From Chloroflexota bacterium (GTDB lineage: Bacteria; Chloroflexota; Dehalococcoidia; Lucifugimonadales; GCA-002723415), in contig PBOA01000027.1 in NCBI GenBank assembly GCA_002723415.1, forward strand, positions 38,278-102,277: a stretch of DNA of 64,000 bases, given 5' to 3'. Positions within the stretch are counted from its first letter, which is position 1. Every line of letters starts with the position of its first letter. A model generated the notes under the pieces. That model searched no databases, was not told where the DNA came from, and was given only the letters and a program-made list of their open reading frames with translations. The translations under genes were made by a program, and so were the position numbers. Below, piece after piece: positions 19,099 through 28,873 of this stretch.

Positions 19099-20778
19099 TT
19101 ATGTTGTGACTGCGCCTTTTGATGCTGATGTAACTAATTTAGCATATTTTGCCATTACACCGTGAGTATATTTGGGCTTAGGGGGATTCCAGGCATTTTT
19201 TCTATTCTTTAATTCTTCGTCAGTTATATCAACATTTAATATTCTGGATTCTACATCCATAGTTATTATGTCACCCTCTTTAATCATAGCTATGGGTCCT
19301 CCTACAGCAGCTTCAGGGGCTACATGTCCAATCATAGGTCCATGAGATGCTCCTGAGAATCTTCCATCAGTCATAAGAAGAATATTATTTTTAATATCTT
19401 GACCCATTATTGCGCCAGTTACAGCTAGCATTTCTTGCATGCCTGGTCCGCCTTTTGGACCTTCATATCTGATTACTACGACATCTCCATCTTTTATTTG
19501 TCCAGTTGTAACTGCTTCAAACGCTGATCTTTCACCGTCAAATACTCTAGCTGGACCTGTGTGATTTAAGCTCTTTGATCCTGATACTTTTAACACGGCT
19601 CCTTCAGGTGCTAAATTTCCTTTAAGAATAATCAATCCGCCTGTAGGACTTCTTGGTGAAGATATTCGATGAATTACTTGATTATCTGGTCGGGTATTAA
19701 ATGTATCTAAATTTTCTTCTATGCTTTTACCAGTTACAGTTAAAGCATCTCCATGTAATAATCCTTTATGTAATAATTCTTTCATTATAGTTGGAACCCC
19801 TCCAACTTTATCCATATCAGCCATTACATACTTACCTGATGGTCTTAGGTCTGTTAAATAGGGTGTTTTTCTGCTTAGCCTATCAAAATCATCGATTGTT
19901 AAATCTACTTCAGCTTCATGTGCAATTGCTAATAAATGTAATACTGCGTTTGTGGATCCTCCCATAGATAATACTACGGTTATGGCATTTTCAAGGGATT
20001 TACGAGTTATTATATCTCTAGACTTTATATCTTTTTCAAGCATATTAAATAGTAAATGGCCTGAATTAAATGCTACTTCTTCATTGCGAGGGTCTATTGC
20101 GGGTATAGAAGAACTACCTGGTGTTGACATACCCATAGCTTCTATAGCTGTAGCCATAGTATTAGCTGTGAACATACCAGCACATGCGCCTTCTCCGGGG
20201 CAAGCTACTTTTTCCATAGCAATTAATTCTTCTAATGATAATTTTCCTTGAGAATAAGTTCCAATAGCCTCAAACATGTCTTGAACATTTATATCTTTAC
20301 CTTTGTATTGCCCAGGTAATATTGCTCCTCCGTATACAAATATTGAAGGTAAATTTAGTCTAGCCATAGACATTAAAATGCCCGGCATATTTTTGTCACA
20401 TGCTGCAACAGCTATAACTCCATCCATACTTTCACCAAATGTGACAGTTTCTATTGAATCAGCTATTACTTCTCTACTTACTAAAGATGCTTTCATTCCT
20501 TCAGTACCCATAGATATACCGTCACTTATTGTGATTGTTCCGAAAAGGAATGGGACAGCTCCTGCATTTTTTAATCCCTCTTTAACTTTATGTGATAATC
20601 TATCTAAATGAAAATTACATGGAGTAACATCACTAGCTAGGTTTGCTACGCTAACAAAAGGCTTTTCCATGTCTTCATCTGTTAGACCTGTAGCCCTTAG
20701 CATTGCTCTTGCTGCAGCTCTACTTGGTCCTTCGCTAACTACAGAGCTCATTTTTTTTAGATTTTTTGTTTTATTCAT
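19099..20778 (-). CDS. ilvD: Dihydroxy-acid dehydratase
   Basis: CDKNMPG, the [16 protein letters not shown]-terminus, and the C-terminal [10 protein letters not shown]. The track ORF extends to 20829, but the ATG at 20778 (MNKTK...) gives the usual N-terminal length and has a GGAAG upstream. Confidence 0.93.
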   Translation of the reverse strand: MNKTKNLKKMSSVVSEGPSRAAARAMLRATGLTDEDMEKPFVSVANLASDVTPCNFHLDRLSHKVKEGLKNAGAVPFLFGTITISDGISMGTEGMKASLVSREVIADSIETVTFGESMDGVIAVAACDKNMPGILMSMARLNLPSIFVYGGAILPGQYKGKDINVQDMFEAIGTYSQGKLSLEELIAMEKVACPGEGACAGMFTANTMATAIEAMGMSTPGSSSIPAIDPRNEEVAFNSGHLLFNMLEKDIKSRDIITRKSLENAITVVLSMGGSTNAVLHLLAIAHEAEVDLTIDDFDRLSRKTPYLTDLRPSGKYVMADMDKVGGVPTIMKELLHKGLLHGDALTVTGKSIEENLDTFNTRPDNQVIHRISSPRSPTGGLIILKGNLAPEGAVLKVSGSKSLNHTGPARVFDGERSAFEAVTTGQIKDGDVVVIRYEGPKGGPGMQEMLAVTGAIMGQDIKNNILLMTDGRFSGASHGPMIGHVAPEAAVGGPIAMIKEGDIITMDVESRILNVDITDEELKNRKNAWNPPKPKYTHGVMAKYAKLVTSASKGAVTT

Positions 20779-20920
20779 ATTAACTTCCATTTGTTGGTTT
20801 ATTTTAGTAGAGATTGTTGTTATTAACAAATACAGATTAGCTTGTTAATTAGTAATTTTCAAGGTGGATTCATATATTATGTATATAAATTGAAACAAGG
20901 TTTTTAGAGTATAAAAATAT

Positions 20921-21637
20921 TTACAAAGGGTATTTTTTCGGTATTCCAGGTTTTCTAGGATACTTGTTGTTAGTTTGTTTTTGTTTAAAAACTTCAATTA
21001 AACTTGTTATTTTATTTTCAGTAAGTTTTATATTCTTAGTTTTCCCTAATTTCCCACCCAGTAAATTTATTGCGTGTTCTGCATTTTTAATTTCATATTC
21101 GATGTTTGGATTTTTTAAAGCAAGTAATTTTCCTCCAATTTTACAAAAAGGTAAACAAAGTTCACTTATCATGGCAAGTTTTCCTACTGCTCTTACAGTG
21201 GCCAAATCATACTTTTCTCTAAAATTTATATCATGAGCAAGATCTTCAGCTCGTTTATTTATGATTGTTGTTGAATTTAATTTTAAAACTTTTGAGACAG
21301 TTTCTAGAAAATATGTTTTCTTTTTTGTGGATTCAAGAAGTGTTAATTTTAGTCCTGGTAAAGCAATTTTTAATGGGATCCCTGGGAATCCTGCGCCAGT
21401 GCCTATATCAATCAATGAACCTGTATTAAATAAAATTGAAGGTATAGAATTAAAAGTAGCTAAAGAATCTAAGAAGTGTTTAATTTGAACAGACCTAAAT
21501 TCCGTAATTGAAGTTAAATTGATTTTTTTATTCCACTCTTCTAAAAGGTTATAATATACAACAAATTGTTTGATTTGATTGTTGTTTAAATCTATACCAA
21601 GTTTTTTAGATTCTTTTACTAAAATTTCTGGATACAT
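20921..21637 (-). CDS. rsmG: 16S rRNA (guanine527-N7)-methyltransferase RsmG (GidB)
   Basis: SAM motif IDIGTGAGFPGIPLKI and NLTSI near the N-terminus. 238 aa. Confidence 0.9.
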   Translation of the reverse strand: MYPEILVKESKKLGIDLNNNQIKQFVVYYNLLEEWNKKINLTSITEFRSVQIKHFLDSLATFNSIPSILFNTGSLIDIGTGAGFPGIPLKIALPGLKLTLLESTKKKTYFLETVSKVLKLNSTTIINKRAEDLAHDINFREKYDLATVRAVGKLAMISELCLPFCKIGGKLLALKNPNIEYEIKNAEHAINLLGGKLGKTKNIKLTENKITSLIEVFKQKQTNNKYPRKPGIPKKYPL

Positions 21638-21646
21638 TTTTATAAT

Positions 21647-22624
21647 TTATTTTATTTTTGATAACCAGGTTTTATTTTCTAAATACCAATTTACAGTTCT
21701 TTTAATACCTTCTTCAATAGATATTGTTGGTCCCCATTGGAGTAGGTTTTTTGCTTTTTCGATATTAGCCCATGTGTCTTTTACATCTGCAGCATGAGCA
21801 GGTGTGTAATTAATAATTGCTTTTTTATTTAAATAATTTTCAATTAATTCTACTATGTTAGACAATATTATTGGTTTGTCATTTCCTAAGTTTATTATCT
21901 GATATCCAGTAGCTCTTATAGAAGATATAACTCCTGCTGCTATATCATCAACGTAAGTAAAATCTCTACTTTGTGTACCATCTCCAAATATAGTGATAGG
22001 TTTTGCTTCATCTATAGATTTAATAAATTTGAATATACTCATATCTGGTCGTCCAGCTGGGCCATAAACTGTAAAAAACCTTAAAACTGAAATATCTATT
22101 TTATGAAGATAATGATAAGTGTGTGCTAGTACCTCACATGCTTTTTTAGAAGCAGCGTAAGGGGATAAAACTTGGTCAGTATTAATTTCTTCTAAGAAAG
22201 GCATATTTTTATTTAGTCCGTATAGACTCGAAGTTGATGCAAGTATGAATTTTGGTATATTCCATTTTTTACATAACTCTAATAGATTTAATGTACCAAT
22301 AGTATTACTTTCATAGTAATCCCAAGGATTTTCAACGCTTTGTCTTACTCCTGCTCTAGCAGCTAAGTTGATTATTATGTCAAATCTAATATTCTTTGAT
22401 GGGTTGAAAATATTTTTTTCTATTGATTTATAGTTTGAAATATCTAATTCAAAAAAATTAAAATTTGAATTTAAGTTTAAATTATTTAATCTATACTTTT
22501 TTAAACTTATATCATATGAAGAATTTAAATTATCTATACCAAATATTTGATTTCCATCATTTAGTAAAATTTCAGAGACTTTATTTCCAATAAATCCCGC
22601 ACAGCCTGTTACAAGTATGTTCAT
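21647..22624 (-). CDS. NAD-dependent sugar-nucleotide epimerase/dehydratase (extended SDR)
   Basis: Rossmann motif VTGCAGFIGNKV, catalytic YAASKKACE (YxxxK), 325 aa. It ends 9 nt upstream of rsmG. Confidence 0.9.
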   Translation of the reverse strand: MNILVTGCAGFIGNKVSEILLNDGNQIFGIDNLNSSYDISLKKYRLNNLNLNSNFNFFELDISNYKSIEKNIFNPSKNIRFDIIINLAARAGVRQSVENPWDYYESNTIGTLNLLELCKKWNIPKFILASTSSLYGLNKNMPFLEEINTDQVLSPYAASKKACEVLAHTYHYLHKIDISVLRFFTVYGPAGRPDMSIFKFIKSIDEAKPITIFGDGTQSRDFTYVDDIAAGVISSIRATGYQIINLGNDKPIILSNIVELIENYLNKKAIINYTPAHAADVKDTWANIEKAKNLLQWGPTISIEEGIKRTVNWYLENKTWLSKIK

Positions 22625-22771
22625 TTTTGTTCATCTCCAATGGAAATCGTAGAATATCATTATATCACTCTAAAATATTAAGTGAAATTTTATATAATTA
22701 GCATATAAACTTTCGTCATTTTGGCTTAAGCTATATTAATAATGTATCTATTTTAAATATAGGGAGTAATA

Positions 22772-24466
22772 ATGGAAAAAGAGAATTATATTACAGGTGC
22801 AGAATTAATTGCCAAATCATTAGAAGTTGAAGGAGTAAATTATATATTTACTTTAGCTGGAGACCATGTTTTGCCAACATTAGATGTTTTATCAGATTAT
22901 GGTTTTAATATATTAGATACTAGGCACGAGCAAGCAGCAGTTCATATGGCAGATTCTTGGAGTAGAATTACTGGTAAATTAGGAGTGGCAATTTATACTA
23001 CACCTGGTTTTGCAAATGCTATACCTGGATTAGCAAATGCTATGCATGCAGAAAGTCCTATGCTATCTATAAGTGGGTCTGCAGAGTTGAGTGAAGCTGA
23101 AAAAGGCTCTATGCAGGAAATTGATCAGATAGGTATGGCTAAACCTACAACTAAGGGTGCCTGGATGGTTTATGATGCATCAAGGATACCAGATATGATT
23201 GCTAAAGCTTTAAGAGTTGCGTTTAGTGGACGTAAGGGGCCAGTTCATTTAACTATTCCTGTAGATGTTCAAGAGCAAAAAGTAGATAAAGAAAAGATTG
23301 TTTTTTTTACACCAGCTGAATATCGAAATCAATCAATATCTGTTATGAGTCAAAATCAAGTCGAAAAAATAATAAGTGAATTAAATAAATCTAATAAACC
23401 TGTAATTATATTAGGTAATGCGTGTGACTCTTTTAGTATAGAAGATAAACTTAAAAAATTTCTTGATATTACAAAAATTCCGACTTTTACACAAGGAAAT
23501 GCAAGAGGGATTATTTCAGATGATTATGCTCATTCAGTTGGATTTTATGATAGTGGATTGAATAAGGCTACAAAAAAAGTTCAAGAATCGGATTTAGTTA
23601 TTTTAGTTGGCACTAAGCAAGACTTAACTCTTGGATATGGTATGCCTCCAGTAATTTCTGAATCAGCAAAATTAATACAGATTGATACTTCAGAAAGTGA
23701 AATTGGTAAGAACAGAGGTGTTTTCCTGGGAGCATCAGGAGATATAGGAAGTATATTGTCCCAAATGTATGAAGAAGCTTTGAAATATAATTGGGAAGAA
23801 AGTGCTTGGTTAAAAGAATTACAAAATGAAAGACTAGATCAGTTTAATGAATTAACCTCCTTATCATTTAAAGGTGACGATACTCATGCAATGGAAATAT
23901 TTAAATATATGAAGACTATAATTACGCCAGATGATTGCTTAGTGTTTGATGGTGGTGATTTTTGTCATTTTGGAAGAGCTTATTTGCCTGCTCAGCTACC
24001 TAATAGGTGGTGGTATGTTCCTACTTTAGGTATGCTAGGGACAGCCTTGCCTACAGGGTTAGCTGCTAAGTTAGCAAATCCTAATAGAAGAGTGTTTATA
24101 TTTAATGGAGATGGAGCATTTGGTTTTAATGGCATGGAATTTGATACTGCTGTGAGACACAACCTTCCTGTAGTTATGATATTAGGGAATGATTCTGCAT
24201 GGGGTATTGATAAGCAAATACAGCTAGGTGTGTTTGGCAAGACAGTTGCTACAAAATTACTTCCTACAAAATATCATGAAGTTGTAAAAGGTTTAGGCGG
24301 CTATGGGGAATTAGTTGAGAATATTAATGAATTTCCAGGAGCAATTGAGAGAGCATTATCTTCAGGTTTACCGTCTTTGATTAATGTAAAAATTAAAGGA
24401 GTTGTAAGTCCGAGAGGTCAATCAGCAATCAATCGCTGGAAAAGTAATGAAATTTCGCCTATTTAA
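22772..24466 (+). CDS. Thiamine-diphosphate-dependent enzyme (acetolactate synthase / oxalyl-CoA decarboxylase / 2-hydroxyacyl-CoA lyase-like)
   Basis: The ThDP motif GDGAFGFNGMEFDTAVRHNLPVVMILGND resembles the GDSAFGFSGME of oxalyl-CoA decarboxylase-type enzymes. Three-domain length of 564 aa. Confidence 0.85.
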   Translation: MEKENYITGAELIAKSLEVEGVNYIFTLAGDHVLPTLDVLSDYGFNILDTRHEQAAVHMADSWSRITGKLGVAIYTTPGFANAIPGLANAMHAESPMLSISGSAELSEAEKGSMQEIDQIGMAKPTTKGAWMVYDASRIPDMIAKALRVAFSGRKGPVHLTIPVDVQEQKVDKEKIVFFTPAEYRNQSISVMSQNQVEKIISELNKSNKPVIILGNACDSFSIEDKLKKFLDITKIPTFTQGNARGIISDDYAHSVGFYDSGLNKATKKVQESDLVILVGTKQDLTLGYGMPPVISESAKLIQIDTSESEIGKNRGVFLGASGDIGSILSQMYEEALKYNWEESAWLKELQNERLDQFNELTSLSFKGDDTHAMEIFKYMKTIITPDDCLVFDGGDFCHFGRAYLPAQLPNRWWYVPTLGMLGTALPTGLAAKLANPNRRVFIFNGDGAFGFNGMEFDTAVRHNLPVVMILGNDSAWGIDKQIQLGVFGKTVATKLLPTKYHEVVKGLGGYGELVENINEFPGAIERALSSGLPSLINVKIKGVVSPRGQSAINRWKSNEISPI

Positions 24467-24498
24467 AAAAGATTTAATAAATACTTTTGGAGTAAATT

Positions 24499-25743
24499 AT
24501 GCCTAGTGCTGAAATAATTTCAATTGGATCAGAGCTTTTATTAGGGCAAATAGTTGATACTAATTCTGCCTGGATGTCTGATAGATTGTCTTCGCTGGGA
24601 GTTAACCTTTATTATCAATCTACAGTTGGGGATAATTTTGATAGAATGCATGAAGTTATTGACAATGCTTTAGATCGATCTGATTTAGTAATTACTGGTG
24701 GAGGTATTGGTCCAACTCAAGATGATATTACAAGAGATGTTGTTGCTAAAGTTACAAAGAGAAAATTAATTAAGAACCAGAGATTGGTTAACGAACTTGA
24801 GAGTAGGTTTCACAAACGAGGATTGATATTAACTTCTAATAATGAACGCCAGGCTTATATACCTGAAGGTTCTATTATTGTTGACAATCCAAATGGTACA
24901 GCTCCTTCTTTTATAGTTGAAGACGATAGGGGAGTTGTGATTTGTTTGCCAGGGGTTCCTTTTGAAATGAAATGGTTGTTTGACAACAAACTTATTCCAT
25001 ACATAACAGAAAAATTTAATTTATCTGAAACCATTATTTATCGAGTATTAAAAATGTCAGGAATAGGGGAGTCCAATGTAGATGATAAAATTGGATACTT
25101 AATTGCTGGGAGTAATAATCCTACTGTTGGTGTATTAGCGCACCCTGGACAAGTTGATGTGCGTATTGCAGCAAAAGCTAAAAATTCAAATGAAGCAAAT
25201 AAGCTGATAGATCCTATAGAAAATGAAATACGTAAAATTCTAGGAAAACATATTTTTGGTGTAGATAATGAAACAATTGATAGTATTGTGTTAAGAATAT
25301 TACGGGATAAAAATATTACTATTGGTATTTATGAAGATGTAACTTCTGGCTTGTTAATGGATCAATTGTTTCATTCAGGACCTAAATCTTTTGTAAACGG
25401 AATAGTGATAAATGATATAGATTCATTAAAAAATTTCTTATCTGATATTTACCCAAATGATAATTTAACTGACTTAATTAATTCTCCTCTTGATATGGCA
25501 AAAAGATTATCAAATGCTATAAGAATCTTTTCAAAAAGTAATATTGGTTTAGCATTGCATGCAAGAGTTAATGCATCTCAAAATGTACAAAATCTAGATT
25601 CAGGTAATACATATATATCTATATTTGATGGAAAAGAATATATGACAAAATCTTTTCCATATGCTGGTAGAGGTAATCCAGACAGGTTAAGAATGTCAGT
25701 TAATGCGATAGATTTATTAAGATCATATCTTATTAAGGGTTAA
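24499..25743 (+). CDS. cinA: CinA family protein (MoCF-binding domain plus NMN-deamidase-like C-terminal domain)
   Basis: The N-terminal AEIISIGSELLLGQIVDTNSAW and GGIGPTQDDITR are diagnostic. 414 aa. Confidence 0.9.
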   Translation: MPSAEIISIGSELLLGQIVDTNSAWMSDRLSSLGVNLYYQSTVGDNFDRMHEVIDNALDRSDLVITGGGIGPTQDDITRDVVAKVTKRKLIKNQRLVNELESRFHKRGLILTSNNERQAYIPEGSIIVDNPNGTAPSFIVEDDRGVVICLPGVPFEMKWLFDNKLIPYITEKFNLSETIIYRVLKMSGIGESNVDDKIGYLIAGSNNPTVGVLAHPGQVDVRIAAKAKNSNEANKLIDPIENEIRKILGKHIFGVDNETIDSIVLRILRDKNITIGIYEDVTSGLLMDQLFHSGPKSFVNGIVINDIDSLKNFLSDIYPNDNLTDLINSPLDMAKRLSNAIRIFSKSNIGLALHARVNASQNVQNLDSGNTYISIFDGKEYMTKSFPYAGRGNPDRLRMSVNAIDLLRSYLIKG

Positions 25744-25748
25744 TTTAT

Positions 25749-26759
25749 TTATCCACTTTGGAACGTGTATATCGTGGATATTAAATATAATATAATTAAA
25801 ATAGCACTTTCTATTCCTATGAATTTAAGTAATTTTTGTTTTGGTTTGATTTGGATAGTTATGAGAATCGTACAAGTCATTAATATAGCTATAAAAGCGT
25901 TAAAAATATGTATTTGAGATAGGTCTAGCCATATTGGCTTACTAGTATAAAAAACATCATCAAGAAACAAAACTATACCTGTGTTAAATAAATTACTGCC
26001 CAATAGGTTGGTAATTGCTAATTCAGGAGCTCTCAATCTTAATGCAGCTAAAGATGTTGCTAATTCTGGGAGGGAAGTACTTAAGGCAAGCAATTGAGTT
26101 CCTACAAAACTTTCTTGCCATTTCATTATATGGGCTATTTTCTCACCTCCCATAGATAAAAATATGGAGCTGATTATAATTATTGCTGCACTAATAATAT
26201 AAATGAGTAGACTGTATTTTACTGAAGGGTTATTATTTGTAATTTCTTTATTATTATCGGATTCTTGATTTTCATTTTTGCTTTGATTATAAGTTATGAA
26301 CATCGATAGTATAAAAAATATAAAAATCGCATAAGATAATAATCCTACGCTACTAGAATTAATGTTTATTTGATTTGAACTCCACATAGCTATTATTGCT
26401 ATTAATATAGCTATAATAGTTAATACTGGAAGAGTCCATGAAATACTCTTGATATCACTTAAAAAAGGACGATTACCAGAGTAAGTATCTAGCACAACAA
26501 TTATTAATAAATTAAAGATATTACTGCCAAATACGTCACCAGCTGCTAAGTCTGGAGATTTTAACGAATAGACTGAGTTAATACCTGTAGCTAATTCTGG
26601 TAAAGAAGTTGCAGTTGCCAATAAAACTATACCGATAAAAGTTCTTCCGAGGCCAGTCTGAATTGCAATATTATCAGCGTGTTTTACAAGATATTTAGAT
26701 GTAAATAATATTATTGAAGCTGCAATGATTAATTGTATCCATGGTAAAAGATCAGACAT
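25749..26759 (-). CDS. CaCA-family cation/Ca2+ (Na+/Ca2+) antiporter, YrbG-like
   Basis: Two alpha-repeats, GDVFGSNIFNLLII and TNLLGSNLFNTGIVL, with SLPEL motifs in both halves. About 10 TM helices. Confidence 0.85.
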   Translation of the reverse strand: MSDLLPWIQLIIAASIILFTSKYLVKHADNIAIQTGLGRTFIGIVLLATATSLPELATGINSVYSLKSPDLAAGDVFGSNIFNLLIIVVLDTYSGNRPFLSDIKSISWTLPVLTIIAILIAIIAMWSSNQININSSSVGLLSYAIFIFFILSMFITYNQSKNENQESDNNKEITNNNPSVKYSLLIYIISAAIIIISSIFLSMGGEKIAHIMKWQESFVGTQLLALSTSLPELATSLAALRLRAPELAITNLLGSNLFNTGIVLFLDDVFYTSKPIWLDLSQIHIFNAFIAILMTCTILITIQIKPKQKLLKFIGIESAILIILYLISTIYTFQSG

Positions 26760-26814
26760 TTAAACTTCTATTTCCTTTTTCAGTTTGTGATTATTTAGTT
26801 TGGTATTCTAAAGT

Positions 26815-26885
26815 TTAGGAGCTTCCTGATTAAGGGAAGCTCCTAGTGAGAGGTGTTACAGAGAACACCTATCTATAACACCTCC
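26815..26885. promoter_or_regulatory. GC-rich structured element (two hairpins, one with alternative pairing), a candidate cis-regulatory leader or small RNA
   Basis: GGAGCTTCC (26818..26826) pairs with GGAAGCTCC (26835..26843). AGGTGTT (26851..26857) can pair with either AACACCT copy (26864..26870 or 26877..26883). This is the only GC-rich island in the 328-nt gap upstream of the antiporter gene. Confidence 0.4.
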
Positions 26886-27087
26886 GTTTACTATATTCCA
26901 ATGATCTACCTCCTTTCTTGAGACTTTTTGTATTCTTTTTGTGTCTCTAATAAAACAATTATATTGTTTTACTACGAAAAAAGGTAGATGTTTAATTAAT
27001 TTTTGATATTGATTTTGATCTTCTTCTTAGGCTATGATTGAATTTCAATATTTTTGTAATATAAATTTATAAGGATTAATAAATTTA

Positions 27088-27540
27088 ATGGATAATTCTG
27101 TAAAAAAAGCTTTAAGTGAATATATCGGTTCGGAAAGTGAAGCAGTTACGTACGAAGTTGAATTAGGGGCTGTTATTAAATTTGCAAAAGCTATAGGTGA
27201 TGATAATCCGATATTTAGTAATCCTAAATTAGCTCGTACTAGCAGGCATGGAGGAGTAATCACGCCTCCTACATTTTTACGGTCAATGTTTCATAATTCT
27301 TCAGGGGAAAAAATTTTTTTTTCAGCTGGAGTAGATGGCGGAAGTGAATGGAAATATTTTGAACCTGTTCGTATTGGAGATAAAATTACGGTGATAAAGA
27401 AATTTGTAGACTTTTTCACTAAAGATGGAAGTTTAGGAGAGATGATTTTTCAGATAAATGAGATAAGGTATATAAATCAGTTTGATCAAATAGTAGCAAC
27501 TCAAAGGACTACAGGTATATCTTATGAACCAAAAAAATAA
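27088..27540 (+). CDS. MaoC-like hotdog-fold protein, N-terminal-type (non-catalytic partner, HadA/ChsH-like)
   Basis: The hydratase-2-like segment FAKAIGDDNPIF has Phe where the catalytic His would be. 150 aa, located 25 nt upstream of the catalytic partner. Confidence 0.7.
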   Translation: MDNSVKKALSEYIGSESEAVTYEVELGAVIKFAKAIGDDNPIFSNPKLARTSRHGGVITPPTFLRSMFHNSSGEKIFFSAGVDGGSEWKYFEPVRIGDKITVIKKFVDFFTKDGSLGEMIFQINEIRYINQFDQIVATQRTTGISYEPKK

Positions 27541-27565
27541 TAAATAAAGGTTTTATGTTTGAAAT

Positions 27566-28009
27566 ATGTTTAAACAACTTTTTTTTGAAGATGTAAAAAT
27601 TGGTATAAATTTACCAGTATTAAAAAAGAAAGTTTCATCACAGCAGCTTGTTATGTATGCAGGTGCTTCTGGCGATTATTATCAAATACATTATGATCAA
27701 GATTATGCAAAATCAAATGATCTTCCTGGAATAATAATTCATGGAGCCTTGAAAAATGCTTTTTTGGGACAGCTTATTACTGATTGGATTGGAGATAATG
27801 GAGATTTATTAGAGCTTTCTGTACAGTATCGAGGAATGGATGTCCCAGAAGATGAATTAACTGTCACAGGTATTGTTACAGATATTAAAATTGATTCTAG
27901 TAAGAATAATACTATTTATTGTGATATTTGGATTCAAAATTCTTCTGGGAAAAAAAGCACTCTTGGTAAAGCAATTGTTAGTTTACCATATAAAGTAATT
28001 ACTAAATAG
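27566..28009 (+). CDS. MaoC-like (R)-specific enoyl-CoA hydratase/dehydratase subunit (catalytic partner)
   Basis: YAGASGDYYQIHYDQDYA retains the Asp and His of the hydratase-2 motif. 147 aa. Confidence 0.75.
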   Translation: MFKQLFFEDVKIGINLPVLKKKVSSQQLVMYAGASGDYYQIHYDQDYAKSNDLPGIIIHGALKNAFLGQLITDWIGDNGDLLELSVQYRGMDVPEDELTVTGIVTDIKIDSSKNNTIYCDIWIQNSSGKKSTLGKAIVSLPYKVITK

Positions 28010-28868
28010 AAAAAGATTCAATAACTTTATCTAAATTTCTAGGTTTTACTTTCTCATTAAGTTTATTGATATTTTCATCAAATGATGCTCTTAGTTTGTC
28101 TTCGAACAATATGCCTAGAGGAACTCCTCCTTTGTCAACTATATCATGAGCGGCATTGATATCAGATTTGTCATGTGCTTCAGGTATTTCCCAAGCTATT
28201 GGTGCAATACCTAATTTTTTATTACCTTTTAATAGTTGATATGTGTCATTATATGTGGTGCAAGGTGATTGGACATGTACAATTGAGAACCCTTTGTGAT
28301 CCATACCTATATTTATTAAATTTGCTAGATCTTTAATTTTTGAAGACATCATAGATGCTACAAAAGATACTCCATATTCAAGGTATAATTTTAGTGGATT
28401 AATTTTTTCTTCTTGTTTTCCATATGGAGTTGAACTTGTTATCTTGTCAAATTCAGAAGTAGGAGAGCTTTGTCCCTTAGTTAATCCATAAACAGCATTA
28501 TCCATTATTACTGCTGTTACATTTAAGTTTCTAGCGGCTTGAGGAGCTATATGCTCCATTCCTATACTTAAAAAATCACCATCTCCAGCTACTACAATAA
28601 CATTTAGATCAGGGCTACCCATTTTTATACCCATAGCAGCAGGTAGGCTTCTGCCATGAACTCCATGAAAGCCATATGGTCTGTCTCCTTCAAGGAGGTG
28701 AACTAAATTTCCTGAACAACCTATGCCGGCTACTACGACATTGTTTTCCATTGGCAATTCTGTTGCTATCTTTCTATCAGTTAAGCTTTTTTCTAAAGCC
28801 CTTCTAACACCAAAATCTCCACAGCCAGGGCACCATTTAAAATCGTATTCAGGATTATTGACACTCAT
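28002..28868 (-). CDS. 2-oxoacid:ferredoxin oxidoreductase, beta (ThDP-binding) subunit
   Basis: N-terminal WCPGCGDFG and the GDGD ThDP motif (VVAGDGDFLSIG). 288 aa. Confidence 0.9.
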   Translation of the reverse strand: MSVNNPEYDFKWCPGCGDFGVRRALEKSLTDRKIATELPMENNVVVAGIGCSGNLVHLLEGDRPYGFHGVHGRSLPAAMGIKMGSPDLNVIVVAGDGDFLSIGMEHIAPQAARNLNVTAVIMDNAVYGLTKGQSSPTSEFDKITSSTPYGKQEEKINPLKLYLEYGVSFVASMMSSKIKDLANLINIGMDHKGFSIVHVQSPCTTYNDTYQLLKGNKKLGIAPIAWEIPEAHDKSDINAAHDIVDKGGVPLGILFEDKLRASFDENINKLNEKVKPRNLDKVIESFSI

Positions 28869-28873
28869 TAAGT

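Noticed and set aside
20779-20829. A 17-aa N-terminal extension of IlvD ([17 protein letters not shown]) suggested by the longest ORF.
   Set aside because: IlvD homologs start about 18 residues before the [11 protein letters not shown] motif. The internal ATG at 20778 restores that length and has a purine-rich box upstream, so the extension is most likely not translated.
26815-26885. Considered whether the GC-rich island is a tRNA, an SRP (4.5S) RNA or a terminator.
   Set aside because: No cloverleaf with a T-loop GTTCRANNC or acceptor-stem pairing can be drawn. The conserved SRP domain IV sequence is absent. Neither hairpin is followed by a clean U-tract, and no gene ends nearby on either strand. 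It is kept only as an unclassified structured element.
27045-27263. Minus-strand 72-aa ORF partly inside the large intergenic gap.
   Set aside because: It overlaps the well-supported start of the plus-strand hotdog gene and has a low-complexity translation. There is no support as a real gene.
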